This document shows, in pieces, positions 1-12,980 of a stretch of DNA of 64,000 bases; the stretch's first letter is position 1, and each line of letters begins with the position of its first letter. The stretch is from Octopus sinensis (Eukaryota), in the NCBI RefSeq assembly GCF_006345805.1, contig NC_042999.1, forward strand, positions 79,112,001 through 79,176,000. Reading direction: 5' to 3'. The notes under the pieces are model-generated. The model was not told the DNA's origin, did no database searches, and saw nothing but the letters and a program-made list of their open reading frames with translations. The position numbers were made by a program, and so were the translations under genes.

Positions 1-766
1 AGGACAAAGCGGAATACTCGTGTCTGATAGAGATTACGTCAACGAAAGTACAGCACTTACTAGCAAGATTTACTTGCTTATGAGATACAGACTTGTGTAG
101 GTGTATGAATCCAATCCAAATCACACACGTACACACACATGCACATACACTAGCACACACACAGAACCGCATTCACAGATGGCCTCTAATCTCATCACCT
201 ATTTTTACATTGAATCTCTTCTCGTATTTTCCATCTATATTTTCCTTCTGATGCAGGACTAACTTCCGAAACGTCAATACTCTTTGCCTGTTATCGTGCG
301 AATCTGCATGTGCAGGATGCAATAAAGGAAATGAGAAGCGTGAGAAATGGGTGTAGATCTAGATCTTAATTTATTCACATAGATAACTAGATAAATAGAT
401 GGATAGAGAGAGAGAGAGAGAGAGGCAGAGAGAAAGAGGAAAAGAGAGAGAGAGGAAGAGAGAGAGAGAGAGGACGAGAGAGAGAGGGTGAGAGAGGTGG
501 AGAGAGAGGAGGGGCAGAAGGAGAAAAGTCAAAGTGGGAAAATGCACAGAACCATATTGAAAGCGAATCTCCCATCTCTCAAAGCAATTTTAGAAATTAT
601 GGAGTGATAAATTATATTCTAAAAACGAAATGAAAATTTATGAAGAAATCAGTAACAAAAATTAAACAGCAAACAATAAAAATGCAAAAACGTAAGTATG
701 CCTGCAAAGAAATTTATGTTCCTATTTCTCTGGAGTGTAGTTATATGAGTGATTATATAGCTAATA

Positions 767-770
<4 letters not shown>

Positions 771-831
<61 letters not shown>

Positions 832-857
832 GTGTGTGTGTTGTGTGTGTGTGTGTG

Positions 858-896
<39 letters not shown>

Positions 897-897
897 A

Positions 898-935
<38 letters not shown>

Positions 936-1779
936 CTGTGTATTATATATATATATACACCCATACACACACATACGCACAAACAAACATGTCTGTGTAC
1001 GCTCCGGTTGTGCGTGTGTGCGCGCGCCGGTTGTGTATGTGTGTGCGTATGAGTGTTTACGTGTATGTATGAGCTTATGTGGGTGTGTATACATGGAGAT
1101 AGAGAAGTAAGGTATGTGAATTCATATTCGTTTACATATATACTTATATAAAGATATAACTAGAAAATCAGAAAAGCCGATAAATAGTTAGTTTTGGAAG
1201 AGTGAATCTCGAAGCACATAAAGCTATAAACAATACCATGCAAATATTGAGTTGAAAAAATTCTTGGATCAAAAAAAGTTGGAGGGTGCCCATGGAACAC
1301 GAACCCAATATTTACATACTATTCTTTATAGCTACATCTATTTCAAGATAAAAGAAGAATTATTTCACGTTGTCTCGAGTTTCTATAAATTCTTATGGCG
1401 TCAATTGCATGTATATGTGCGTGTGTGTGTGACATCAATTGTACGTATGTAATGTGTGTGTGTGTGTGTGTGTGATGTCAGTTGTATGTATATGTGTGCG
1501 CGCGTATGTAATGTATACGTACAATATATACATATATACATACAAACATACATACACACATGCATACACACATTCTTATATATGTGTGTGGGTATGTGTA
1601 TGTATGCTTATGCATTAAGTGTGCGTATATTTCTACTTCGTGCATAACTTAATATATCTGTATGGCGAGAGGTGGTGTATATATGTGTGTGTCTGTATTA
1701 TGTCTGTATATCTATCTATCTATCATCTATCTATCTATCTATATCTATCTATCTATCTGCTATCTATTAATCTATCTAC

Positions 1780-1852
<73 letters not shown>

Positions 1853-2036
1853 ATCTCTCTATAAATATAATGGCTACCGAATAATTGCACATTATATTTA
1901 CAGATAAATCCTCTGTTTACAGAGAATCGAGGTCTCTTTCATTCTTTTGTTGTCTTACCATTTCTATTAATACATACATACATGCATACATGATACATAC
2001 AACATACATACATACATACATACATACATACATACA

Positions 2037-2072
<36 letters not shown>

Positions 2073-2102
2073 TATATGTATAGAAATATATATAATATAA
2101 TA
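771..2102. repeat. Compound microsatellite cluster (TA, TG, TATC, TACA)
   Basis: Direct inspection; representative of dozens of such tracts in the window. Confidence 0.95.
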
Positions 2103-2246
2103 TAAATTGCAAAGTGGGACAAGAACGCAAAAACACACAGAGAACGACACAAAAAAAACACACGGGTCACTCGAAGCTTCTAATCTTCAGTCGGAACCGG
2201 ATCATCTTAGCAATTTCGGCTGTTTATCTCGATATCACTCCGAACA

Positions 2247-2310
<64 letters not shown>

Positions 2311-2314
<4 letters not shown>

Positions 2315-2486
2315 GAAAAAATATCGTTATAGGTATAAAATACCATAAACAATATAGAAAAATGGAGGAGAAAAGATGTTGAATCGAAATTAGATTTAAT
2401 ACAAAATAGGATTCAATACATGGTTCAACATCTTTTTCTCCTCCATTTTTCTATAATTGCTTATGATATTATAGATATTTTCAACT
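2311..2486. repeat. Imperfect inverted repeat in a (TA)n-embedded element
   Basis: tatagaaaaatggaggagaaaagatgttgaa vs ttcaacatctttttctcctccatttttctata, extending to agttgaaaa/ttttcaact. Confidence 0.85.
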
Positions 2487-2632
2487 ACTATTTTCATATT
2501 CTTATTACTTGCTCTGGCTGTTTTTTATGAATATAATGAATCTTTATTAGAAATCATTCTTTCTCTCTTTTTAAACCTCTCAAAAAGTTTGAATTATTCT
2601 TCTTTTGAACCTATTTATTCCATATATCTATG

Positions 2633-2681
<49 letters not shown>

Positions 2682-2782
2682 GGTGTGTGTGTGTGTGTGT
2701 GTGTGTGTGTTGTGTATGTGTGTATGTGTGTGTGTGTGGTGTGTGTGTGTATAGAATATTATGAACATATATACATACATAC

Positions 2783-2834
<52 letters not shown>

Positions 2835-3714
2835 TATGAATTTTAACGTTCTAGCTCAATTCCGCTGCTTACAACAGTGGATAGAAAACGTGTCATAGCC
2901 GCATTGGCCATGATAGAGAATGTTGTGCAGAGGACCTGCATCGAATTTTGACAAACACTTGGCGATACCTGCTCAGAGGCCTATGCAAAGCTTTCAAAAA
3001 AGGTTTCATTGTTCTCGACACCATCGAGATGTTGTTCAACTGAAAGCCGAGTGTTTTTTTTTTTTTTTTGGTCAGATGAAAGCAGTTTTGACACAAACTC
3101 GGCAGGCGCATCTCATACCCAAATCTACAGAAATAATGGACTGAACTGCACAGCAGAGTTCAAGGTCAATCTTGGCCAAGCGGTTTTACTCTGCATGCTC
3201 TGGCTTCGTTACTATGGCAACAATCCGGATACTTATTGATCATATTTCCTGTGGTGTGTGTGAATATATATATATATATATATATAATATACATGATTAC
3301 ATGAGATATACAGATAGCCATTCGCCCGTGCACGCACACACACATACAAAGAGATATAGATAGATAGATGAATAGTTAGATAGATACATTAGATACATAG
3401 GTTGGTGGTCATTTTGTCAGAAGTTGTTATGTAGCAGTAGATAGTAGCTACATGTATAAATGATAGGTCCCGAGGAGATTAGAATGATGGAAAATAGGCG
3501 AGAAATTGCCTGAGATTATCTTTCAATGAGATTTCTGTATTAGATAGATGTAATGTTCACTTTGGCACGAGAAGCAGCATTGATAAGTCTGCCAGGATAC
3601 AGCGAAGCCACTTGCGAAAGAATGTATTCCCTTAAGTAAGAAAGACGTATTTATTTATTTATCGATTTACCAATTCATTTATTTTTCTACGTCTTAGCAG
3701 ATCAAAAGAGAGTA

Positions 3715-3768
3715 AAAATAAATAAATGAATAAATAAATAAATAATAATAATAGTAGTAGTAGTAGTA

Positions 3769-3817
<49 letters not shown>

Positions 3818-3891
3818 TAATAATAATAATAATAATAATAATAACACCAATCATAATTAGAATAAGAATAATGGTCTAAGTTAATAATAAT

Positions 3892-3943
<52 letters not shown>

Positions 3944-4047
3944 TGCATTTATTTGTCACGAGGGCGAAAGATGAGGGGGACAACACAGAGGCAGACATAA
4001 ACTGTGGGGGCTTACATATAGTAATAAAATACTACTACTACTACTAT

Positions 4048-4131
<84 letters not shown>

Positions 4132-4172
4132 AACTAACTACTACTACTACTACTACTAATAATAATAATAAT
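3715..4172. repeat. Trinucleotide microsatellites (TAA, TAG, TAC, TGC)
   Basis: Direct inspection. Confidence 0.95.
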
Positions 4173-5268
4173 GGTTTCAAATTTTGGCACAAGTTTCTGA
4201 GTAGGCGGTAAGTCCATTACATCGACCCCGGTGTTCAACTGGAACTTATTTTATCGACTGATGAATGAAAAGCATAATCGACCTAAGCTGAATTTAAACT
4301 CAGAACGTAAAAACGGAGAAAATGCCGCTAAGCATTTCGCCCGGAGAGCTAACCATTCTGCCAGCTTGTCGCTTTAATAATAATATTGTTTTTTTTTGCT
4401 TTCTATTATAGCCACAATTTCCGAAATTTTGGGGGGTGAAATGGGGAATGGGGTGGGTGAAGTAGTCGATTACACCGACCACAGTGCTCAAATGGTTATT
4501 TATTTTATCGACCCTGGATTGACGAAACGTAACGTCGATCTGGGCGGCGTTTTAACTCAGAACGTACAGGCGGACGAAATGCCGCTAGTATACGATTGGC
4601 ATGGTCCAGGTAGGGTCGAAAAATCTGACTTGTATATTTAGGAAGAACTTTATAATAAGAATATCAACAGCTATAACGACGACATTGATTATGACGGATA
4701 ATCTCGACAATACATGATGATGATGATAATGATGATGATGATGATGATGATAACGACGACGACGGTGATGAGGACGACAATGATGATGCTGATGATGATG
4801 GTGATGAGGATAATGATTAAATAAATTTTTCACGCATTAGTAAAAGATGCACGCTTTCCAGAGAAACTAGTTATGACTCGTGATTGAATTGAGTCCAACG
4901 TATGACTCGACTCAATTCAATCATTTAGTTCATGACAAATAAATGATGGAAGCTGAAGGGAATGAAACAATGCATGTCATATAGTCCGGCTCTCTATATG
5001 TTCTTTAGTTTTCGTCACCCAGCTAAATTGAAGAAAATTATCTTTCTGGCTGAATGCAGGTTATGATGCAATTCCTACGCACAAGCATATACGTAAACCA
5101 TCTACCCATGCATTCATCCATCCATCCAGCCATTCATATACATACATACATAACTTCACACATACACACATGCGTCTACATACACATAGCTGCAAACTCA
5201 TATGTATATATATATCTTTACATATGTTTATATGTATATGTATATATATACATATATGTATACCTATA

Positions 5269-5319
<51 letters not shown>

Positions 5320-5394
5320 CATAATATACATATATATATTTATACAGATGTGTTTATGTATGTATATATATATATGTGTATATATATATGTAAA

Positions 5395-5870
5395 ACTTGT
5401 GTTTCTTTCTTTCCTTCTGTTTCAGCTGGGGAGAGCAGAAGCATTCTTGTCTGTCTTCTCTCCAAGCTTACTCCTCCGCATTCGCCACCTCACCTCGTTT
5501 AGGCTTAGCACCCCTTCCTGTTTGTTTTCATTGTCCTGTTTTTGTTACCAATTTTGACCCTCCTCAAAATCCTAAATGTTATTTAATTTGCTTAGCGGGA
5601 GCAACTGTTTTATCGAAGGCGTATCTTGTCGCGAATTGTTCGAAATACGGATTATAAAAACAACTAACAACTGATGAGGGTCATTCTTTGTTTTGCTTGG
5701 CTTATTTTCCATTTGTTTCTCTTCTTGTTCGCAAAAAACGTTCATATTCCATGTATTCGTATTTCGTATTTCGTATTTCGTAATTCATGTTTTCGTATTT
5801 TATATTGTTTACGTTCTGTGATGTCCTGCGGCCAAACATGCATATGTATATACGTATATATGTAAGTATG
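5395..5870 (+). mobile_element. Non-coding interspersed repeat carrying a permuted HHR (copy 1)
   Basis: Homologous to the reverse complement of ~22050-22362; T-rich tail ending in tgtcctg..catatgtata; flanked by (TA)n. Confidence 0.65.
5620..5681 (+). ncRNA. Non-circularly permuted hammerhead ribozyme
   Basis: CGTAT-C^-TTGT-(8 nt)-GTTC-GAAA-TACG-(17 nt)-ACAA-CTGATGA-GGGT; AUC site; stems I and III covary relative to the 41166 and 47033 copies. Confidence 0.68.
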
Positions 5871-5892
5871 TACACACACAATATATGTATAT

Positions 5893-5924
<32 letters not shown>

Positions 5925-6006
5925 ATATATATATAATATATATATATATTATATTAAATTAGAGATAAAACCACTATTAGGCAAATCAAACAGTGAAAAA
6001 CATAAT

Positions 6007-6041
6007 GTTTCCGACGAAGAGCTCCGCTCGAAACGTTAAAC
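6007..6041 (+). ncRNA. Minimal type I hammerhead-like motif (variant core CCGACGA)
   Basis: GTTT-CCGACGA-A-GAGC-tcc-GCTC-GAAA-CG-TT-AAAC. Confidence 0.55.
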
Positions 6042-6150
6042 CCTCCTTCTTCCCTTCTTTCCTGAGCGTCTAATAATACTTTTATTTGTTCCACGTCCTT
6101 GCGTTGTTATGTTTTTTTGTTTTCTTGTTTGGATTAACTATATATATCTT

Positions 6151-6181
<31 letters not shown>

Positions 6182-6218
6182 GATATAATATATATATGTA
6201 TGTTATATATATATATAT

Positions 6219-6259
<41 letters not shown>

Positions 6260-6356
6260 TATATATATTACATTATATATATATATATATATTATATACA
6301 TATATACATACGTATGCTTACATATTTACATACATATATTTAAATATGCATATATG

Positions 6357-7160
6357 AAGGTGGGCTGAGGACGATAACATGCAGCTTAATGCAAGAAAAT
6401 TTAAAGCCCTGCGCTAACGGGATACACTGGTCCAGGTGGAACTGCAATGGCTGAATCAAAATCAGTGCGTGACCTGGAAAATAACATGAGCAATGTTGCA
6501 TCTTTTCAAATGCATATTACCAAATTGGTAATAAAATGTAGATGACTAGCTGGACGGGTCCTCCAATCTTTTGAAAACAAGAGAAAAGGAGAACATGATG
6601 GTGCTTTGGAAGGTACACGTTCTTAGCCGCTTGGACTACTGCTCCCAACTATGGTCATCACATAATATAAATTTAATGGCACAACTAGAAACAATCCAGC
6701 GAAGCTACACAAAGAAGATCGTCTCAATGGAATATATCAGCTACTAGAAAAGACTGAAAAAAGTTAAAACTCTTCTTTCTAGGACGAAGGCGGGCAAGAT
6801 ATGCAATGATATATATCTACGAAACCTTGGAAAGCCTTGTACTAAACGTTGGCATTCAAAGTTAGACAAACAGCAGAACAGGTTACCACTGCATAGTGCC
6901 AAAGATCCCAGCATCACCATTAAAATTCAGGACCAGATACGGCAAGAACTTGAATTTCAAGGGCCCACAGATCTTCAATATCTTTTCGAAATACCTGAAT
7001 GACCTGCATTGTGTGGATGTAGGTATTTTCAAAACAAAACTGGATCTCCTCCTGTTAAGCATTCCAAAGGAGCCTACCTCACGACGGGAAACACAGAGGA
7101 GGGCAGCAGTATGAAACACTCTCATTCAGCAAATACCAGTTATCAGAGGAGGTTTCAAGT
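6357..7160 (+). pseudogene. Decayed CR1/L2-group LINE ORF2 C-terminus
   Basis: Frameshifted motifs WAEDDNMQLNARKF, SVRDL, VLSRLDYCSQLWS, LETIQRSYTK, RRRARY, FKTKLDLLLLSIPKEP, with stops. Confidence 0.85.
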
Positions 7161-7251
7161 AATAGGGTAGCACACCCAACAGTAGTGCCCCAGCTTGACC
7201 ACAACTTTGAAACTGAAGCAATTTAAAGCTTTAAGATTCTAAATATATGTA

Positions 7252-7302
<51 letters not shown>

Positions 7303-7397
7303 TATAGTTCAAATTTATAGAAAAGCAGAAGACGAAGAGACGTGTAGGAACAATAAGCAAGGGTACTGGTTTGATGGTCGAAAAAAATGTAAGAGTC

Positions 7398-7431
7398 TTT
7401 TGCGTTTCGAGCCTACGCTTTTCGACAGAAA
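7398..7431 (-). ncRNA. Decayed minimal hammerhead-like motif
   Basis: Minus strand TTT-CTGTCGA-A-AAGC-gtag-GCTC-GAAA-CGCA-AAA; homologous to 21168-21205. Confidence 0.4.
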
Positions 7432-7571
7432 TGAATAAGAGGAAATAAGAGAGAATGAAAAAAATCGTGTAGAGTTCAGCGTTGGAACATATATGTGTGT
7501 GTGTGTGTATACATATTCATACATATATATATATATACATATGTATACATATAGTGTAATATAATATATAT

Positions 7572-7620
<49 letters not shown>

Positions 7621-7624
<4 letters not shown>

Positions 7625-8170
7625 CGGGAAGCTTTATGAAAATAAACAAAAGACGAAGGCAGGTGGAAAACAAACGAACAATTGTATTAGTATGGCGCTC
7701 AGGAAATATAAATAAAACAAGTCTTTAGCGTTTCGAGCTCTACGCTCTTCAACAAAAGATAACACAGAGAGAGAAAACACAGAAAGGAGGAGAGAAAAAA
7801 AATGCGTGCAGTAGCTAACGAATCAACATGGCGATCTGATTTCGGCCAGAGGTCAAAGATCAACATGAGACCGAGAGCGAAATAAGGGGAGATAATAGGG
7901 TTGATAAAGGTTGAGGGACCAGCTAATAGTGCATGGAGGGGTCTGGATGTGTGTATGTATGGGGTTGGTGTATGTATTAGTATGTATAAGGGTGTGTGTG
8001 TGTGTGTGTGTGTATGAGAGAGTATTAGTGCGTAGGATTGGTCTGGACGTGTGTATGTATGGGGTTGGTGTATGTATTAGTATGTATTAGTATAATTAGT
8101 ACGTATTGGTATGTATAGGTGTGTGTTGTGTGTGTGTGAGAGAGTATAAGTGCGTATGCGGGGTATATAA
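7621..8170 (-). mobile_element. Minimal-HHR repeat with internal GT-rich tandem repeats
   Basis: 7624-7935 is a close reverse complement of ~20975-21301; followed by repeated gtctggacgtgtgtatgtatggggttggtgtatgtattag units. Confidence 0.7.
7722..7759 (-). ncRNA. Decayed minimal hammerhead-like motif
   Basis: Minus strand TCTTT-TGTTGA-A-GAGC-gtaga-GCTC-GAAA-CGCT-AAAGA; near-identical context to the 21168 copy. Confidence 0.4.
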
Positions 8171-8177
8171 TATATAT

Positions 8178-8210
<33 letters not shown>

Positions 8211-8658
8211 ATATATATATTATATATATATATATACCTATATAAATATATATATATATAAGTGTATGTGTGTATACATGCCCAGTCTGGCATAAGAGCT
8301 TCTATGTGGCCGCAGCACAACAAGCAGACAAGCAGTAGTCAAATAGGGACTACTGCCTTGAAGAATTGATTATGGACGTCAAAAGCTAAGAGAACAATAT
8401 TAAAAAAAGTTGGGGTTACTAAATCAGTTGCATCGTAAGTTTACTATAAGCAAACTAATAAGATGAATTATGAATACAGCTAAAGTAGGATGAAGGACCC
8501 CACATAAATATTTAAAAATATACTGATAAGGTCATGAGACCTGTTGGGAAACCCGGTAACTAATGCTCTCTGTGGCTGCAGCCCACACAACTAGCATTTA
8601 GAAATGAAGGCTGAGAAATTTTGACAAGAACTAATATTATCACCACAAACTCAACATA

Positions 8659-9069
8659 GGCGCAGGAGTGGCTGTGTGGTAAGTAGCTTGCTAACCAACC
8701 ACATGGTTCCGGGTTCAGTCCCACTGCGTGGCATCTTGGGCAAGTGTCTTCTGCTATAGCCCCGGGTCGACCAATGCCTTGTGAGTGGATTTGGTAGACG
8801 GAAACTGAAAGAAGCCCGTCGTATATATGTATATATATATGTGTGTGCGTTTGTGTATCTGTGTTTGTCCTCCAAGCATTGCTTGACAACCGATGCTGGT
8901 GTGTTTATGTCCCCGTTACTTAGCGGTTCGGCAAAAGAGACCGATAGAATAAGTACTGGGCTTACAAAAGAATAAGTCCTGGGGTCGAGTTGCTCGATTG
9001 AAGGCGGTGCTCCAGCATGGCCGCAGTCAAATGACTGAAACAAGTAAAAGAGTAAAAGAGAGAAAAGAG
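8659..9069 (+). mobile_element. tRNA-derived SINE family A, full length
   Basis: A-box-like gtggctgtgtggt, B-box-like ggttcagtccc, ttgggcaagt core, internal (TA)/(TG), tail gactgaaacaagtaaaagag. Further copies at ~30865(-), 38625(+), 41525(+), 58646(+). Confidence 0.85.
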
Positions 9070-9606
9070 TATACAAATACCTCTTAACTGATAGAAAGTT
9101 CAATATTCCGCCCGAGTGATGAGGCGAACTGGCAAAATGCTTATCGGTATTTCGTTCATCTTTATTTTCTCAGTTAAAATGCCACTGAGGTCGACTTTGC
9201 CTATCATCCTTTCGGGGTCGATAAAATAATTACCAGTTGAGTACTGGGGTCGATGTAATCGATTTACCCGAACCTGCTGGCCTTGCGCCAAAATTTGAAA
9301 CCAATATTCCGCTTGAGTCTACATACACACTTCCCACTTAAAGCAAAGTCACCAATAAAAATGGCAAGCACATGAAGGAATTTATGTAACAGCAACCTTG
9401 TTGCAAGTAATACAAGATTTCAGAACTGTACAAAGTAGGATCTGAACATATCATCTCTGTGGCAGCCTCGCTCAAGTGGACCACATCCTAGCTAAAAGAA
9501 ATAGTAGATAATAGTATAGAAACTTCATGTGCGTACAACAAATACGGGAATGTTAAATCTAACCACTGACGGTTAATGTAAAAGCTAATTGGCATTCACA
9601 ATTATA

Positions 9607-10141
9607 TTGGGTTTTCCGGAAAGTTCGTGCCGATTTTTAAAGTCAAGAAAAAGGTCAATAAATACTTGCCATTACATTTTGTATCAACCAAATATGAACC
9701 ATTTTGTTGCACAATGTCTCTCTATCTTTCCTTCAACTTGAAAATACCATCTTTCCAGAACTGGTATCTTTTTACGTCATTCACGGAATTGAAATTTTTA
9801 CCATTAAGACTATTCTGCAGCGACCTAAATAAGTGGAAATCCGAGGGAGCAATATCTGGTGAATATGGAGGGTAAGGTATACATCCCAGCCGATCTGCAA
9901 CAATTTTTGTCTTGTTCCCAAAGCATCAAGTGCCGAAAATAAACTTTCTTATCTTCCAATTTAATGGGTTACAGAATTAACACAGGTTATAGGAACATAA
10001 ACCTTCTTCCACGAAAAGATAGCTTAAACTGTGCCCTAAATGGAGGTGTAGTCAAATCCTATTTTATGGACTCAACCATGTTCTAAAATAAGTCGAAAGG
10101 TAAGCTACTATAAATCGGAACGAACTTTTCGGACAACCCAA
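9607..10141 (-). mobile_element. Internally deleted mariner transposon
   Basis: ~30-bp TIRs TTGGGTT(T/G)TCCG(G/A)AAAGTTCGT(G/T)CCGATTT with flanking TA. Minus strand ~9872-9720 reads PPYSPDIAPSDFHLFRSLQNSLNGKNFNS, the mariner YSPDLAP motif. Confidence 0.9.
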
Positions 10142-11600
10142 TAAATGCTGCTATGTTAGTAGTTAGTCGTGTTATTTATGATTAATATATACGGCAACAG
10201 TTTCTTGCAATTAAAAATATACTCAGCGTTCTGTTCTGATTTACTACTTGCTCCATGAATAACCTTTCAAGACATCTACTTTAGATTCCGTTTGGTAAAT
10301 TCAACGTCTGTTTCTTTCGAGTAGACTTGAAAGTTCAGTCATTGTCCCATGTCTAAACTTTCAAACAAATCTTCGAAATGTTGGCAAAACAATCTCTGAA
10401 CTTTGATTCTCACAATCATTAGATGTTCTTGCTGGAGTGAAAAGAGCCGTCATCACCATTCCTTAGAGGAAAGCTTCATTTACTTCATGCCTTGCATAAC
10501 ACATATTAACACCGAAAAATGTTCTATAATGGTCGGATGACAAATGTTCAAGGCCATAATTTTCATATCGACAATGATGCATTTTCAGAACTCGCCTGCT
10601 ACAGCTGCTGATTCACTATTTTACTCCCATCGTTAAAAGGAGAAATAAAATTTGGTGACGTCCATGTTTTTCTTGTATTAATGGATAGGCGAAATAGCTA
10701 CAAACTAGAATCGAAACCAGGCCATGGCCTCAGTGTGTCGGATTGTTGCACCAATCCACGCTTTTGCTCGTTTTCCTCTTACGTATATGATAGACTTAAT
10801 ATAAATTGGTGTTAGATGAAATAACAACAATTTGAAAATAAGGATATTGCGAGGAACAGAATCTGAAGAAAAGATGATAAGAGAAAATAGAGGTAAATAG
10901 TGAATAAGATAGAATTAAGTAAAGATGAGAAAGAAATGCAAGGGTTAACTGCGAGAAATAAGGTGCGTAATATTGGAGTGGATATAATGGTCGGTGCAGG
11001 CTGTGGACGAGAAGAGAAATGGTGTTATAGAAATAAGGAGATGCGATATAAGTCAATAGAAAGAAATGCAAGCTTGTCGTGACAAATTTATCTGACAAGA
11101 GAGATAGGAAAACAATAATAATAAAGAAAAGAAAAAGAAAAAAAGAAGGAAGCAAATTTTGGTAAAGCTTGCTCTAGCTAAATTTGTAATATCTATGTTC
11201 ATGTTGTTGTTGTAATCGATGATGACGATGGTGATGATGATGCTAGTGGCGGTGGTGGTGATGAAGGTGATTACAATGATCATAGTGGTTAGTGTTGGTG
11301 GTGTTTTGGAGTAGAAAGTTGCCGCCCGTTGGGAGATCAAGTAATATTATAATAATGAACTAATTGCAGAAGCTTCATATTGAATCAGCTGCCGGTCGCA
11401 TAGTCTACTGAACGAAAATTGTAATCACATTGTTATGTCCAAGGTGAGAAATTGGTCAGCTTAGATCAAAGAATGGCCTTATAGGAAGCAATGGTCGTAA
11501 TGTAATAACGTGCCACTTATAGAGCAATCCATTTTCACACGCCACTGGTATAGATTTACTATTCTTACCAGAATTCATACCCGATTGATCAAGCTTCTCA

Positions 11601-11687
<87 letters not shown>

Positions 11688-12684
11688 ACTATCTATCTAT
11701 CTCACATATATTCATATATATATATATGTATGTATGTATGTGACTATATTCTTAACGTATATAAATACATAATCCAATATAAACAGTAGCACATATGTCT
11801 TTTACACACACACACGTACACACGCATAGATATGCGTGTATATATATTTATATTATTTATATAACACAATATAACGTAGTTGGTTTATTAAAGAGGAAAA
11901 GAGGAGGAAAATATTCAATTCATATATATGGGTGTGTGTGTATAAATATTTATATGGATATATCTGTGTGTGTGTGTGTGTGTGTGTTAAAATCTCTATA
12001 TATGTTTTATGGCATGTAGCACCTTACATCTAGTTATTCGAATTTCAGGTTCTCGATCAAATGGCTGGATACTAAGATATGAGGTGTCACCTATCATAAA
12101 CTGTAAAGGACGCTCTCTCCTTGGGATTGAGTACTGCTTGGAAGTTTTTGGTTGTACCAAAGTAAATATATATATTAGTGGTGCCGAATAGTAATATCTT
12201 ATTTTCAAACAAATAGTTTGACATCATGCGACAAATAATTTAGAAGCCAATAAAAGGTGTCTCTGCAACCAACCAGTCAACATAGAGTTAATGACTTAAC
12301 GTTGTTGAGAGTACGCATTGCACGGCTATGTGCTCTCTGTGATAGACCGTGGAAGACAAGGACTTAAGTGAGTAATGGGAAATACCAATGGGAGTTTCAA
12401 AAATAGACAAACGGTGGCTCGATCTAATGGATAGTTATTGATCAGGAACTCAAACAGGTCCCAATAATGACTCAATAACACAACAATTGAATAGAATCCA
12501 CGTCAAAGTATTGGCCACTTGAGTTGGAGGGTTAATATATCTTGCTTCACTGTGCAAGGTTACCTCAAGCAAATTAGAAAATGTATAGAGAAGGGAAGTG
12601 GATACTTCAAGAGTTCTCCCTCAAGAATTTGTAACAATTGTGATTATATTTGGTCTACAAATGATTGGGGATTGAGCTTGTCTA

Positions 12685-12739
<55 letters not shown>

Positions 12740-12928
12740 GGCAGGGGTGGATGTGTGGTAAGTATCTTGCTCACGCAACCACATGGGTCCAGGTTCAGTC
12801 CCACTGCGTGGCACCTTGAGGAAGTGTATTCTACTATAGCCTGGGGCCGACCAAAGCCTTGTGAGTAGATTTGGTAGACGGTAACTGAAAGAAGCCTGTC
12901 ATATATATATATATAATATATATATATA

Positions 12929-12980
<52 letters not shown>

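Noticed and set aside
640-1110. ORFs rich in YI/CV/HT/LSIY (most of the ORF track)
   Set aside because: Translations of (TA)n, (TG)n, (TATC)n and (TACA)n microsatellites, with no protein-like content.
10220-10640. Possible ancient LINE coding remnant on the minus strand
   Set aside because: Too decayed to identify diagnostic motifs by eye.
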